Shown here: in pieces, positions 1-12,261 of the stretch
How the letters are laid out: the number at the start of each line of letters is the position of its first letter
Numbering within the stretch: the first letter of the stretch is position 1
Origin: Phoronis australis
Lineage: Eukaryota; Animalia; Phoronida
NCBI GenBank assembly: GCA_002633005.1
Contig: NMRA01000057.1
Coordinates: forward strand, 47,267-92,727
DNA length: 45,461 nucleotides
Direction of reading: 5' to 3'
The notes under the pieces: generated by a model
Told to the model about the DNA's origin: nothing
The model's database searches: none
The model's input: only the letters and a program-made list of their open reading frames with translations
Translations under genes and position numbers: made by a program

Positions 1-2508
1 GCCATGCATCTAGAAGTCACCTTGTCTCTATCAGTTGACAGAGGGTTACTGAAGTACCAGCCGTAATGAATTTGCTGCTAACATATCCCAGGGGTTAAAG
101 CAATCCAGATAGTGCCTCTAAAACCCAGCTAAGATCTCGTAAACTCCAGTTCCGGACCAGAAGACCCAAACTGTTGTAGAAATTCACAGATTTGCCCTGA
201 AAACTTCGATCCGTCAATATTGATGGATAATGCACTAACACGCGGCTTACAGATCGTGCAAACTATGATCATCACCGTCTCATCTTCTCAAAAACGCCAT
301 TCCCCACCGTTATAGTGAAGAGGCCATCCATAGGGTCCCCACTGGGGACCTGGAAATAAATTTTTATTATTTCATGGACGTGCGCTGCCCACGTATTTAA
401 CGGTGATTTGGCCTCTCTGAATCGTTTTAGCTGAGTTGTAATTTTGCATCCTTGAGCATGTTTAAATAATTGATGACGCCATTCTGCAAAATTCTGTTTT
501 TGAAGATTATAACTTCCTTAGCAAGTACTATAGGACCTTTGATGTTTTTACTGTTGCTTCCAATTCTGAACTTACATAATTCATGCAAATTACTGTAGTT
601 GGTATAAAATGCACCATTGGTAAATGACACTAATGTTTCACCAATGTTTATATTGTCAATTAGTTTAATGAAATCAGTTTAGTATGTAGCTTGCTGCGGG
701 CTAAATTTCCATTATAATAATGTATTAATATGAAGACCACCATTATCCAACATTCCGTGTCAGTGAATTCATTAAAACTGTATGCAACTCATTACGCCAT
801 AAATTTGCATAACTCATAATTTATCCAACTATGAGTTCTCAATATTCATTTCGATTGCCCTCCCTTCTAACAAATTCAATTAATGCAGATAAAGATTATG
901 CCGGCGAATTAACCAATTTTATTTGATTGAAACGTATCCGGGTTTCATGAAATTGATTCTAGTTTTTCCAAAAAATGAAGATTTCAGCTACTTTCAAAGT
1001 ATCATGTTATCAAGGGTTGCAAATACTGTCTGTGAAGTCGTTCTAAGTTCCATCGACGATCCCGTAATCTGCAGTCCCGGACCAAAAACCACAGGCACTG
1101 GAAATGTTTCATATACATGTCGATCAAGCTCAGAGGACTAGATTCTAAAGCCATGCATTTATATTCCAACCGCTAATCAGGAGTACGGCCATGGAATCTA
1201 GTCTTTGGAAATGGACTTTGGTCGTGGTGTATGAAGCCTTTTCGGTGCGTGTGTGGAGTTCGATTAAAGTTTTTGCGGCTATTGTTAAAAATGCACTGGC
1301 ACGCGGCTTTGAATTTTTTGAACCCGGAACAAAGATAATGATTCAATTCGTTCCATAGCACTGGACTAACTTTGAATTTAATCCGTCACGCTGAGGTCCT
1401 GCAGCTTTAAATATGTTGAATGTAATAACAATAAATTCTGTTTTTTATTATCTAATGCACCCCACAGAATTATTTTTTGCAATATCACCCCTTATAGATA
1501 TATACAATTTTATTGTTTTAGATATCTTTTAACCCAAGCTCCATTTGCAGAAGTAGACAAATTTAGAAGTCAAATTTCATTGAAGAGCGCAAGGTTAAAC
1601 CTAGAGACTGTTGTACTACATAAAATTGTCTGTGACATCAAATACATCATGACAAAATGTCCACTGAAAACGCATTGCTTTTGGTAAGGGCGTACATGTA
1701 TGCGTCGGTAGTTGATAGATAACAAGGAGGGCAAAGCGTACTTCATTCTTTTACTGGGAAACTGTCAGTAGGAAATGTCGGCAGCACGTGTGGCCTTTGA
1801 ATTTGGTCTCAAACTATCTGTACCAGGAGGTAATTTTTCTTGTCAGAGGGTGACAAAGGGGTGCATTTTGACTTCGTGAGAAGACCCGAGAGTCAGCCGA
1901 TTACCCAAGTAATTGTATTTAAGTTTAAGAATTGCCGCTAGCTATAAAATGCGAATGCCGACGTAAAAAGTGAACCAAAGCTTCGACTGCAAGTTACACG
2001 CTAACGCAAGAGTGTGATGTCGGCATTGTTTGCTTTCTACGTCACAATGGTGACCTATATAGGTCTATTTGCACTTTATAGGTTACAAACACAGACGGCA
2101 AGGACGTGAAAACAACTAGCTTCGCGTAAATGCATAGCGTGACTATTAATGGCGGATTTATCGTAAAAGATTGTTAAATTTACACAATGTTGAAGTTTTG
2201 GAACGCAGGTAGTTCGCCACCACTTTCTGTCTGAGGAAGAAGGCTGTTTTTATCAATATCATTTCTAGAGAAATCGGTTAAGCTAATACCTAAATTGACC
2301 AAAAATGCCTTCAAAACCCGATTTAGTAATCCCTAGCTTTAATCGCTAACCCTTGCGAGATCTCACCTTATGTGAGCACAATCTTTGCGAGATTTCGAAA
2401 AACTTCCATGATATACACATTTGTTTTTGTTTTATTTTTCCTGCAGTGGTCATCGTGTTTCCATTTTCAATTTTAGCTTCGTTGAAGTGCTTCAATTATG
2501 GTATATTA

Positions 2509-3494
2509 CATAGGCGGATTTAGGGGGGGCCCAGGGGGCCCGCCCCCCCCCCCCCCCNNNNNNNNNNNNNNNNNNNNNNNNNNNNNNNNNNNNNNNNNNN
2601 NNNNNNNNNNNNNNNNNNNNNNNNNNNNNNNNNNNNNNNNNNNNNNNNNNNNNNNNNNNNNNNNNNNNNNNNNNNNNNNNNNNNNNNNNNNNNNNNNNNN
2701 NNNNNNNNNNNNNNNNNNNNNNNNNNNNNNNNNNNNNNNNNNNNNNNNNNNNNNNNNNNNNNNNNNNNNNNNNNNNNNNNNNNNNNNNNNNNNNNNNNNN
2801 NNNNNNNNNNNNNNNNNNNNNNNNNNNNNNNNNNNNNNNNNNNNNNNNNNNNNNNNNNNNNNNNNNNNNNNNNNNNNNNNNNNNNNNNNNNNNNNNNNNN
2901 NNNNNNNNNNNNNNNNNNNNNNNNNNNNNNNNNNNNNNNNNNNNNNNNNNNNNNNNNNNNNNNNNNNNNNNNNNNNNNNNNNNNNNNNNNNNNNNNNNNN
3001 NNNNNNNNNNNNNNNNNNNNNNNNNNNNNNNNNNNNNNNNNNNNNNNNNNNNNNNNNNNNNNNNNNNNNNNNNNNNNNNNNNNNNNNNNNNNNNNNNNNN
3101 NNNNNNNNNNNNNNNNNNNNNNNNNNNNNNNNNNNNNNNNNNNNNNNNNNNNNNNNNNNNNNNNNNNNNNNNNNNNNNNNNNNNNNNNNNNNNNNNNNNN
3201 NNNNNNNNNNNNNNNNNNNNNNNNNNNNNNNNNNNNNNNNNNNNNNNNNNNNNNNNNNNNNNNNNNNNNNNNNNNNNNNNNNNNNNNNNNNNNNNNNNNN
3301 NNNNNNNNNNNNNNNNNNNNNNNNNNNNNNNTAAAAACAGAAAAATTTCCTGGGCGGGAGGGGGGCAAACCCCCCTCCCGACCTCCCCCCATTCGGTGCT
3401 ATGCGCATCTACAATCGTGGTTCAGTTTGCGCAAATGCTTCCGGCCGGACAAAATGTGGGCCCCCCCCCTTGTGATATCCTAGATCCGCCACTG
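2509..3494. mobile_element. Non-autonomous hAT(Tip100)-like element inserted in exon 2 of copy 1
   Basis: Imperfect TIRs CATAGGCGGATTTAGG / CCTAGATCCGCCACTG; TATTA duplicated on both sides; G/C runs next to the TIRs; interior mostly assembly gap. Confidence 0.8.
2558..3331. other. Assembly gap
   Basis: Run of N. Confidence 1.
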
Positions 3495-4335
3495 TATTAG
3501 GGGGAATATGTGGTCATTCCTAAAGAAGAACAGGAGTGCCCGGATCCAAACTCGATGTGTGTTACGAGAATTGACAAGGATAACGATCCAAACAGAGGAG
3601 GTAAGAAAGGCTAAGTTTACATGTTGAAACACATTCCTAATTATAATGCAATAGTCGGCCCAATTTATCGTTAATTACAAACATGTCGTTGAAAGACTCT
3701 AATTTCAAATAACCGCCTACTTGGTAAACAGTTGTATCAGAATTAAAGTTGGCTGTCGGGACATTAGACACACCTGTGTAGCTATGACACTCTCAGAAGT
3801 GGTTCTATGTTGGTAACGAATTGCATGGTGACAATGGCTTCTTCTTATGCCATTTTTTCTCAGCCAAAATTATGTAAGCCAATTAACTTGCAGAGGCAAT
3901 ATAAATAGTTTAAACAGTGAACAGTGAAACGTGTGAAAGAGAGAGATAAGTAGCCTACAACGCTGTAATGACATCAAGAGAGTTCCTCATTTTAATTCGG
4001 TGTTATTTGATGTTTTGTGCGTTAAAGTATCATTACAGTAATTCTTTTTAAATTGTGTTCTCTGTTTATGAAAGACTATGCACCATGACAATTCGGAGGC
4101 GTTTTTCCTTGACATAGGGGTTGGCCCAACTTCAACTACTCCCCGAGGGGCAATTTATTATGTCTGTCTATATATATATATACCAAGCTTGATGACTATT
4201 CCTGAAATGTAATAAATGTACTTCTATCAAGACCTGAGAGAAAGCAACCTGATCATTTTCGAACAATTGGGTGAGTGTTGCATCCCCCGCGACAAGTTTA
4301 GTATACATGTACATGCAGCAACGTGAAATAGTTCC

Positions 4336-5151
4336 GGATTGCTCTAAGCCCCCCTCGACCCCCACATCCCACAACCCTCTCAACCCACGACACACCTCGA
4401 CCCAAGACCCACAGCCCCCACGAAACAGGCTACACAAGCTCGACTCGATCTGAGCATAGAACAAGCGCTGACTTACAGGACCAACGAGTCGGACCTTGAG
4501 TTTTGCTGGCTTTCCCCGTATTTGTTTGCAATTTAAGAGAGGCGTCTCGGCAAGTTTGAAAACCAAAAGCAGAAAAAACAACGCAATCAAATCATACCAA
4601 GACCTACCAACGTTACAAATGTCGTTCCAGGCAGAGTGTAATCGTCTCGTTTGCTCCTCAGTGAATGGCATATTCAAGCTTTTTGGGGGAGAGTGCGAGG
4701 AACCGACGAATATGTAATTTCTTCAGTGAATATAGTTTGAAAAACAAACTTTTAACTAAAAAAGTATATCAACGTGATATCGAGTATTTTTGTAGTGTAA
4801 ACGAGTACATAACAGAACGCAAATAATAAAAATGTGTACCTACATGTATGTACATTCACGCACTAAGTTAGAATACGGCCATTGGTGACCGCTCGTGGAA
4901 CTATTTTTGTGACAACGATAGCGCACTCACAATTCGCTATTTGTAATCATTGTTCTTACGCCACTTTCTGTTTTTACTCACCAGACTTTAGCCAGAGCAG
5001 ATTCGGGTGTAGGCACGTCTTATGGGAAAGTCATTCAGCAACGTGATATAATTAGGAAATGTGTAAAAAGCGCAAAGATGCATCCATTGCCACAGGTGGT
5101 GAGTCGAGGGGGTTGTGAATCGAGGGGGTCGAGGGCACTTTAGAAGAATCC
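4336..5151. mobile_element. MULE/Mutator-like non-autonomous element in intron 2 of copy 1
   Basis: TIRs GGATTGCTCTAAG..CCCTCGACCCC / GGGGTCGAGGG..TTAGAAGAATCC; 9-bp flanks AATAGTTCC / ACTAGTTCC; absent at the homologous site of copy 2 (~23980). Confidence 0.65.
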
Positions 5152-5199
5152 ACTAGTTCCTAGAAGAGACTATATCACTCCGATCTATCCTGATTTTTT

Positions 5200-5285
5200 G
5201 TCCAAGGCAGGATTTGAATCTACGACTTCTTCAAATACAGATAATTTGAGTCCAGCACCTTAACCACTACATCACGGAGTCATCC
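5200..5285 (-). repeat. Degenerate tRNA-derived SINE head
   Basis: Minus strand GTGATGTAGTGGTTAAGG (A box) ... AGATTCAAATCC (B-box-like). Confidence 0.45.
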
Positions 5286-6207
5286 AAACGAAACGTCGTG
5301 ACAGTGTAAATAGACAGGAGGTCGGTGTAAATAGACGACCAAGCGATTTTAATAATAGTTATAACACGCCACCACCTCAGAGCGTTTTTAGAAAGTCAGT
5401 TACATGATGTCATCATTGCTAAAAAAGATGTTTTGGGCATTAGAACAGGCACAACTAAACACTGTTGGTAATCTTAAAAATAGGTCAATAAGCATGTAGT
5501 AGTAAAAATAATGCTTTCTGATAGAGCACGCTCTCACTTGTTTAAGGTGCATTTTTGTTGGAGATGAGGCGGGGCCCCTCAATTTTAGGTCAAATCTCTA
5601 CAGTGTTGTGCGACATGGTGACTATTTGAGGCCACTTAGTATTGCTCCCTCTAACGGGCATGTTCGAAATATTATTCACGTTCTTGTAATGTTCTTGTTT
5701 GCGAAAAACGGTGTTGGCGCTTGTCAATGCCCTGTGTTACTCTACTTCACGCGGATACGTGTACTTGAGATTAGTGCCAATCAATTTTGAAACAAGTGAA
5801 TTCCAAGACACACGATATCGTGCATTTTTTTATTTGTCCTAGTGCGTTTACACGTTGGTACTGATATACATGAAAATATACGTTTTAATTGGTACTTGCG
5901 TGTTACTGTCCCAAAATGGTTCACCTCAATTTCAATTACTGTGTTTCAACAAACTTATTCTATTGTTGTTTTTTTGTACTTCGTGTCCACAAGATGATTG
6001 CGTAACTCCATTTTCAGGGTTTGAGGGGAATTACTGTATCAAGCGGAGCGAGAAAGGAGTGCCTGATAAGCCGGGCTGTACAAGACTATCTGTTACTCTG
6101 GCGGATACTGCGAAAAGAAGGTAGACGGGACGATTGAAGAATGCTTCTGCGATACTGACTTGTGCAACGCGATTAAGCAATAAATTGTGCGTGGGCTTTT
6201 GATGATG

Positions 6208-6213
6208 AATAAA
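6208..6213 (+). terminator. Polyadenylation signal of copy 1
   Basis: AATAAA ~25 nt after TAA, same position as in copy 2. Confidence 0.6.
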
Positions 6214-6227
6214 AACAAATATGCTTA

Positions 6228-6383
6228 CAGATGCGGACTTAGACTGGGGGGGTTCAGGGGGCCATAATCCCCCTTAAAACTCTCCGTTTAGCAGTTCAGG
6301 GATGCGAATGTTTGACGGGCAAAATCCAGTCTAATACTCTGCCCTGCCCCCTCCCCTAACTAAAAATCCTGGACCCCCACCTG
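6228..6383. mobile_element. Short hAT-like MITE downstream of the copy 1 polyA signal
   Basis: Ends CAGATGCGGACTTAG / CCTGGACCCCCACCTG; GGGGGGTTCAGGGGG also present at 8692; absent at the homologous site of copy 2 (~25095). Confidence 0.55.
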
Positions 6384-6913
6384 GTGTTTGTTCATTTTAA
6401 GATGTATTCGCATGCTCCAAACTATGCTAATGTATAGCATAAACTAAACGACATAAACTACGTTAAACAAACTGCCTTTGTATTCATTGACAATTTTTAA
6501 ATTTGACAACAAAAGAATTCTTCAAAAATGTGACCTTTGCACTAAATCCGTACCTCGCGAGCTCACATTGCACGCATCATACACTGTCATTACCCAGCAC
6601 CACGTCTCGATACTTACTAGATACGGTTCCGTAATTTGCGGCGGAGCATTTTCACCACAAAACTGATTCTTAAGAACATTTGTGAACTTTCAAACTACTT
6701 CATAGTCACTAGATGTTGTGTGTGTAGCTAATTTGGCCAATCAATGAGAGAGATGAGTAATTAACCTGTAAATTCCACTTTAAGACAGGCCACTAGCTAC
6801 GGCATAAACGAGAATTGCTTTCAGCGATGTTCTGTCGTCATCCACTATGATTTCCTAAGAATATCTAAAAATACTCCAAAGGTTCACAGTATAAAGACGA
6901 TTGTCATTTACTA

Positions 6914-7630
6914 ATGAAATTGAGATATGACGAACTTGAGTGTCATTCTCTATTGAAATTTACCCACGAGCTTCCTGTAAATGACAAGAATCCGTTTTTG
7001 AAAGTGCTTGTGAACCATTCTCCATTTGAATTGTCTACATCAGTTTATCACAAGCCCTCTGATGAAGTTATCTGTCTTGATGCCAAAAGCGAGTGCCCCG
7101 AGCGGTAAAAAGTCCTGTTTAGTCATCAACTTTTGGCCCGGCGCCAACTGAAACGGAGAAAATTGATAGGTGGCGGGAGTTGCAAAGACAGAGAACAAGC
7201 ACCTGTACATGTATGTACAGTAGGTCATTGCACAAGTGCAGTAGAAATGATCCTTTCCGCCTTGCTCCAGTCTCGTGATTAGACATAGAATTGACACGGA
7301 GCAACTGAAATGATTGAGCGCAAATTCCTCTACCTAAGAAACGGGTGGCAAAAGTTGTCACCGCGGTGTTAATCTGTTCCATGTCAGTCCTGTTTCCACA
7401 CATACTTGTGCTACAACATCTCGGCCCGTGTCAGCTGATCGGTGTCACCTTTTCTAGTGTAAATTGGACTTAAGATCGCCGTTGTGGTCAAATTCCTAAA
7501 GAGGGCGTATTCGGTGACGTGGCTATTGTTTAATCAAGACGTAGATGGTATAAGACAAATTCTGGTGAATAATGGGTACACAGGTGCTTCTGTAGACATC
7601 CATATCAAGCGATTCATGTCCAAAATTAAT
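6914..7630 (+). mobile_element. Penelope-like retroelement RT C-terminal remnant (interrupted ~7110-7470)
   Basis: FTHELPVNDKNPFLKVLV...TSVYHKPS...CLDAKSECPER and FLKRAYS...IRQILVNNGY match the PLE RT motifs FTxE, LPFLDV, VYxKPT, RA, LxxNGY. Confidence 0.75.
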
Positions 7631-8121
7631 TGTGAACATAACTACACTGATCAAGAAAGACTAGAGAGTCGCGGTGAACGTGCACAGGCAACCGAACCTA
7701 TTGATAGTTCCGAAACTCACTTGAATGACTTGTCATGGTGCCAGTGCGCTAACCGCACGATAATGGAAACGACTGAAGCTTGCGTTTGCTGCCAGAAATT
7801 CCGCTAATGAAACGCGTTCTTGTTGCCGTATTAACGGCGTACATTTCATTCTTCACTGTCATAAGTCAAGCCACTTCTGAAGCATTATAGGCTCTCGAGG
7901 AAATCGAAAAAACGATATACCCCGCTTTCCTCGCAGGTTCATAGTTCGCACAAGCGGGAACGATACACCACACCATAACAGAACTCACTAAGCAGAAGAT
8001 CCACTGACGTCGTTGTTTACTCTCAGGTCTTGGCGAGGTAAGATCGACCGTATACAACGTGACGTAGATATAGATCGGTTAAAACGGTAAAAAAACTATT
8101 TAAATCGAGTGGCAGTCTCCT
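7630..8121. mobile_element. Kolobok remnant (KolX/P2X7-tail-like fragment on +, THAP N-terminus on -)
   Basis: + strand LNDLSWCQCANRTIMETTEACVCCQ; - strand from ATG 7976 MVWCIVPACAN...(frameshift)GISFFRFPRE; terminus GTGGCAGTCTCCT followed by TTAA. Confidence 0.7.
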
Positions 8122-8676
8122 TTAAACAGTGTTACTTTGGACAAACGGTTTGCAGTCTTTCCCGTCGGTTATATTTGCATCTTCAAAATGGTACCATCCA
8201 GGAACATTTTCTGCAACGTCACGAACATTTAATCACCCGTTAAGAAATTATGGAAAACGTCAATTCGGTACGTAGAGCACGATGTGCGTGGATGTGCAGT
8301 GATTGAAAGTATTAGTCCTTTTTGATTGCATTTGAGAAGACTGTTTTGAATGAGCAGCAAACAGAGTCGCGCCTCACGCTACACTTGTTTGTGTGATTTT
8401 GTGTTACCCCTTTATTTATAATTCTTTGCAGTATTTCGCACTTGCCGTGCCCCAGTGTGTATGTGTCCAACTTATGCTCTTTGGTGGTATTACTGAGTCA
8501 TTTTATTTCCACATGGGAATAAAAAAGTACATGTATGTTTTGAAATATCATGCGTCTTTTAGTCATATATCTTGGTCAGTTGCTTAACCAACGTTCTGTT
8601 GAGTATAGAACTTTGTTCTGAGCATACGAACGGAACGGAATAAGACAGTTAATAACGACAAGTGTCGTGTATTTAA

Positions 8677-10104
8677 CAGTGGCGGATCTACGGGGGGTTC
8701 AGGGGGTTTAAACCCCCCCTCGGGCCAGGACCCAAAAATTTAAAAAAAAAACAAAAAAGTTTCCAGCAAAACAAAAACGGCACCGCCAGCGTGTGTAAAC
8801 CCCAAGTAAACCAACTTGGAAAAAATTGAGGGGGGGTTCACTCTGAAAATATAGTTTTTTGCATTGTGAATTGCTGAGTCTTTGTGGCTCATCGGCAAAA
8901 CGCGCGGGGTTTTATTGTGCGCGCGCTTCCGTCGACACTTCTGAAGTAGCCAAGCATTTTAGATGGATTCACCGCTAAAAGAGCAGTTTTATAGCTGATT
9001 TCTTTAGGTAACTAACTTCTTTACTCTGAGATATATTTTGATTTGATTAGGGGAAATACTGCGGTGCCGCAACTCTGATATTCAGGCGAATTGACGTGCA
9101 ACGTTTTTACCTCATCTGTCATGCCGTGTCATTCTACATGTATTACACTCAACACGTTTGTAACTGGTGTATAGTAAAGTTGTCTTGCGCAATATCATAC
9201 AGTGTACATGTAATATTGTGTACATGTGCATGTAATATTTTTGAAAAAAAAAATCTTTTTCCGAAGAATTGCTATTGTGGCGGCGCCGTGGTCTGGTCGC
9301 GAGTCCGTTTGAAGACACACTTCTAACAAGTTATGTCTATACAAGGAATGACCAAGGGGGCACTCACATTGAGAAAGTGACCGCATTCGCGAAAAGTGTA
9401 CAGTACCAGAAATTGCGGGGAGGCTGTTCTTTCACAACAAAGTCTTGCGGGACTCGTGTGATGTTCAATAGGCCTCCTAAGGAGCCCTAGTTCCGACCTC
9501 AACACCTACCGTCTGTCTACCTGCAATAAGCACACTGCCGTCTTCTATACTGGGAATTTCCGCAGAAAGGCTCACCCGATGAAACGCTTATGCCCATGGG
9601 CATTTATTTGATATTAGTACTTCGGGTTTCTAACGTTCAGACATTGGGACGTTTATTTTGAAAATTCGTCAAGGTTTGAAGTAGTCCATGATGAACGGAT
9701 CAAATTTAGTTGCGCATGTAAGTCTTTTGAATGGACTTGGCAACCTCAAGGGTCTTAGTGTCAACTGAGCTGCGAAACGAGATGCTGACATTGTAGAGGC
9801 TTACAAGCTCATTGACACAGCAGTTGACGAAGTGCAAGCGTTGGGAACAAACATCGAAGATATCTGGGTAGAATGGTTCCAAGACGAGCAAATCATTGGA
9901 TCCGATATACAAATTCCTCGGCAGTCTAGACAACAGAAGGATAGGACTAACGTATGAGTAACCACTGGGGATTTAAATTTTAGAGGGAAGTTTTCAATTC
10001 AAAATTTTTCTGCATAGTACACTTTAGATCTCGCGACGGACCAGGCCAGCTTGATTTGTGTAAATGTTNAAACCCCCCTTGCTGAAAACGTAGATCCGCC
10101 ACTG
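8677..10104 (+). mobile_element. Internally deleted hAT (Tip100/THAP12-like) transposon
   Basis: 16-bp perfect TIR CAGTGGCGGATCTACG; TATTTAA duplicated on both flanks; remnant at ~9720-9955 LKGLSV...RDADIVEAYKLIDTAVDEVQAL...IPRQSRQQKDRTN resembles P52rIPK/hAT transposases. Confidence 0.8.
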
Positions 10105-10385
10105 TATTTAATCAATTTTGCATATCGGGAAATTTCCTGAAGTACAGTCATCAATAAAATTTACGAGTTCACATCTTGTATCTTTTTGAATTTGCTGCAT
10201 GCACTCCTGATACTTCATTTTTGCATTATTAATACTAGCATATTTATGACCATTACCATTAAAGTGATATTTTTTTTGAAACGCTGTGTAACCACTTCTG
10301 TCCAAGTGGGCTCAGTCGGAAACAAATAGGTGAAATATAAGGCAGATATTAACAGCTAAGAGTATCAAGATGAATATACAATAAA

Positions 10386-10422
10386 TGTGTGTGTGTGCAT
10401 ATGTGTGTGTGTGTGTGTGTGT
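10386..10422. repeat. (TG)n microsatellite
   Basis: Interrupted TG run. Confidence 0.9.
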
Positions 10423-10639
10423 GTTGGTGGACAGGAATTCAGTTACTACATAGTTGTTCACAAATATCAATACAGGAGAACGGAATAAATTTCACTACCA
10501 GCTCCTCTCGTCGTTTGATTAGTTACATTTACATAGACCGGCTGGAACTGAAATTCTCCCGCTTCATCAGCGCCAGTCACTGGCTGTGTCGCTAACACAT
10601 CTTTGCAGTGGGGAATGTTTGGAACAGGATGTCATTGCT

Positions 10640-11700
10640 CATAGACCGGCAGCCCAGGCCACTTAGCAAACATGAACGAGGCACCAACGAAGGACCATGG
10701 GAGAACTTAAGAGTCCACCTCATCATACACGGAAATTGACGTCAGTCGTTGTCTGCGCTCTTGGGTGTGACCCCGGGGCACCTTACAACTAGGGGGTTAA
10801 AAATGAGCTAGATTAGATATTCGAGGTACCGGCCAAAACTGATTTAAAACTGGCAATAGTACTGAACACCAAATGACCCACGACAGACAAATTGCACTCT
10901 GTATTGTGTCCGGCAGAAACCCAAAAAAGACCTCCCATGCATTCGAGGTGCCACAAAAAACCAATTCTATGTGATTCAGTCCATGTCACTATCAACATAA
11001 AGGAAATATACACTTTGGGTTGTGCCCACCAGAAACCCTATCATATGACAACGGTGTGCTATGAAAAATTTGAGATAGATTAGATATTCGAAGTCTCAGC
11101 TAAAACTGATTTAAAATGAACAACAGTTAACACTGAATGACCCATGACAGATAAATTGCACTCTGGAAAGGGTCCGCCAAAATCCCCAAAACGACCCCCG
11201 AAAAATTAGCTAGCACATACATTTGCGGTGCCACCAAAACCCCATTCCATGTGATTCAACACATGTCACAGGTCACTAAATGACCTACGTCAGTCAAAAT
11301 ATGCTTCTGGATTTTGCGCGCCAGAAATCTCAAGAAATCCCAACAACGGTATGCCATTAAAAGATGGAGCTACATTAGATATTTGAGATACCAGCTAAAC
11401 TTGACTTAAAATCAACAATTGTGCAGCAATGAACACAAAACAACCCATGAGCGACATATTGTGCTCCTGAAAGAGTCTGCTAGAACCTCAAAAACGAGGC
11501 CAAAGAAAGGAGCTAGCTCTTACAATAGAGGTACCACAATAAACAATTCCATTTGATTCAATTAGAAGTTACTGGTTACTAAATGGCCTGTGAAATACAA
11601 ACCCACTCTGGGTTGTGCACACCAGCTCCAGAACTTAATCTCAACTACGTATTTCTGTTGAAAATGTGTGATATGTAAGGTAATAAAGATCTCAGTTAAA
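10640..11700 (-). mobile_element. Truncated copy of the TIR element with ~270-300 bp internal tandem repeats (inverted relative to 21633-22960)
   Basis: Starts CATAGACCGGCAGCCCAG; is the reverse complement of the right end of 21633-22960; aaactgatttaaaa-like motif recurs at ~10835, 11102, 11398. Confidence 0.7.
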
Positions 11701-12038
11701 TGGTTTCGTAGAATCAAGAACTTCAATACAGGAAGGTTTTTTGATGAAGTGCTCCGTTTGCAGTTCATGGCGAATTCTTGTATTTCCATCATGCTTTAGA
11801 GTCTACTGAACTCTCTCTTTGCTTAAAACTAATAATGTCGTCACACTGAGTGCCAGATGGATGCTGGCGGAAAGCATGCATTTTGGAAAATACCAACATT
11901 TTGGGATATCAGGAAGTGTCAAAAACCAACCCATTAGGTGATGATTAACACCCAGCTAGTGTAGCTTTATGAGCTATCGAAACTGTCCCGTATTTTTCTT
12001 TTTAGTCTACCTAAGTATTTCGGAGTCAGCGAAAATTG

Positions 12039-12041
<3 letters not shown>

Positions 12042-12070
<29 letters not shown>

Positions 12071-12261
12071 NNNNNNNNNNNNNNNNNNNNNNNNNNNNNN
12101 NNNNNNNNNNNNNNNNNNNNNNNNNNNNNNNNNNNNNNNNNNNNNNNNNNNNNNNNNNNNNNNNNNNNNNNNNNNNNNNNNNNNNNNNNNNNNNNNNNNN
12201 NNNNNNNNNNNNNNNNNNNNNNNNNNNNNNNNNNNNNNNNNNNNNCTCTCTCTCTCTCTCT
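12042..12261. repeat. (CT)n microsatellite spanning an assembly gap
   Basis: CT runs on both sides of Ns 12071-12245. Confidence 0.85.
12071..12245. other. Assembly gap
   Basis: Run of N. Confidence 1.

Larger units (their letters stand above)
2477..6183 (+). pseudogene. Three-finger protein paralogue copy 1, pseudogene (exon 2: 2477-2508 + ~3500-3600; exon 3: 6018-6183; exon 1 not found in window)
   Basis: Exon 2 reads SLKCFNYGIL/[insertion]/GEYVVIPKEEQECPDPNSMCVTRIDKDNDPNRG|GTAAG. Exon 3 reads GFEGNYCIKRSEKGVPDKPGCT/frameshift/ICYSGGYCEKKVDGTIEECFCDTDLCNAIKQ*, 16 nt shorter than copy 2 near 6083. Flanking introns also align with copy 2. Confidence 0.85.

Noticed and set aside
2498-3408. 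Long ORFs of 278-300 aa
   Set aside because: Artefacts of the N gap.
2500-3500. Idea that the exon-2 transposon is spliced out as a new intron (introner)
   Set aside because: The donor/acceptor pairs I tried (G|GTATAT or AG|GC with cctag| or tattag|) give a frameshift or an in-frame TAG, and exon 3 is independently frameshifted.
7119-7403. Possible transposase fragment (INTAVTTFATRFLGRG) interrupting the Penelope relic
   Set aside because: Clearly an insertion, but similarity is too weak and the termini too incomplete to classify.
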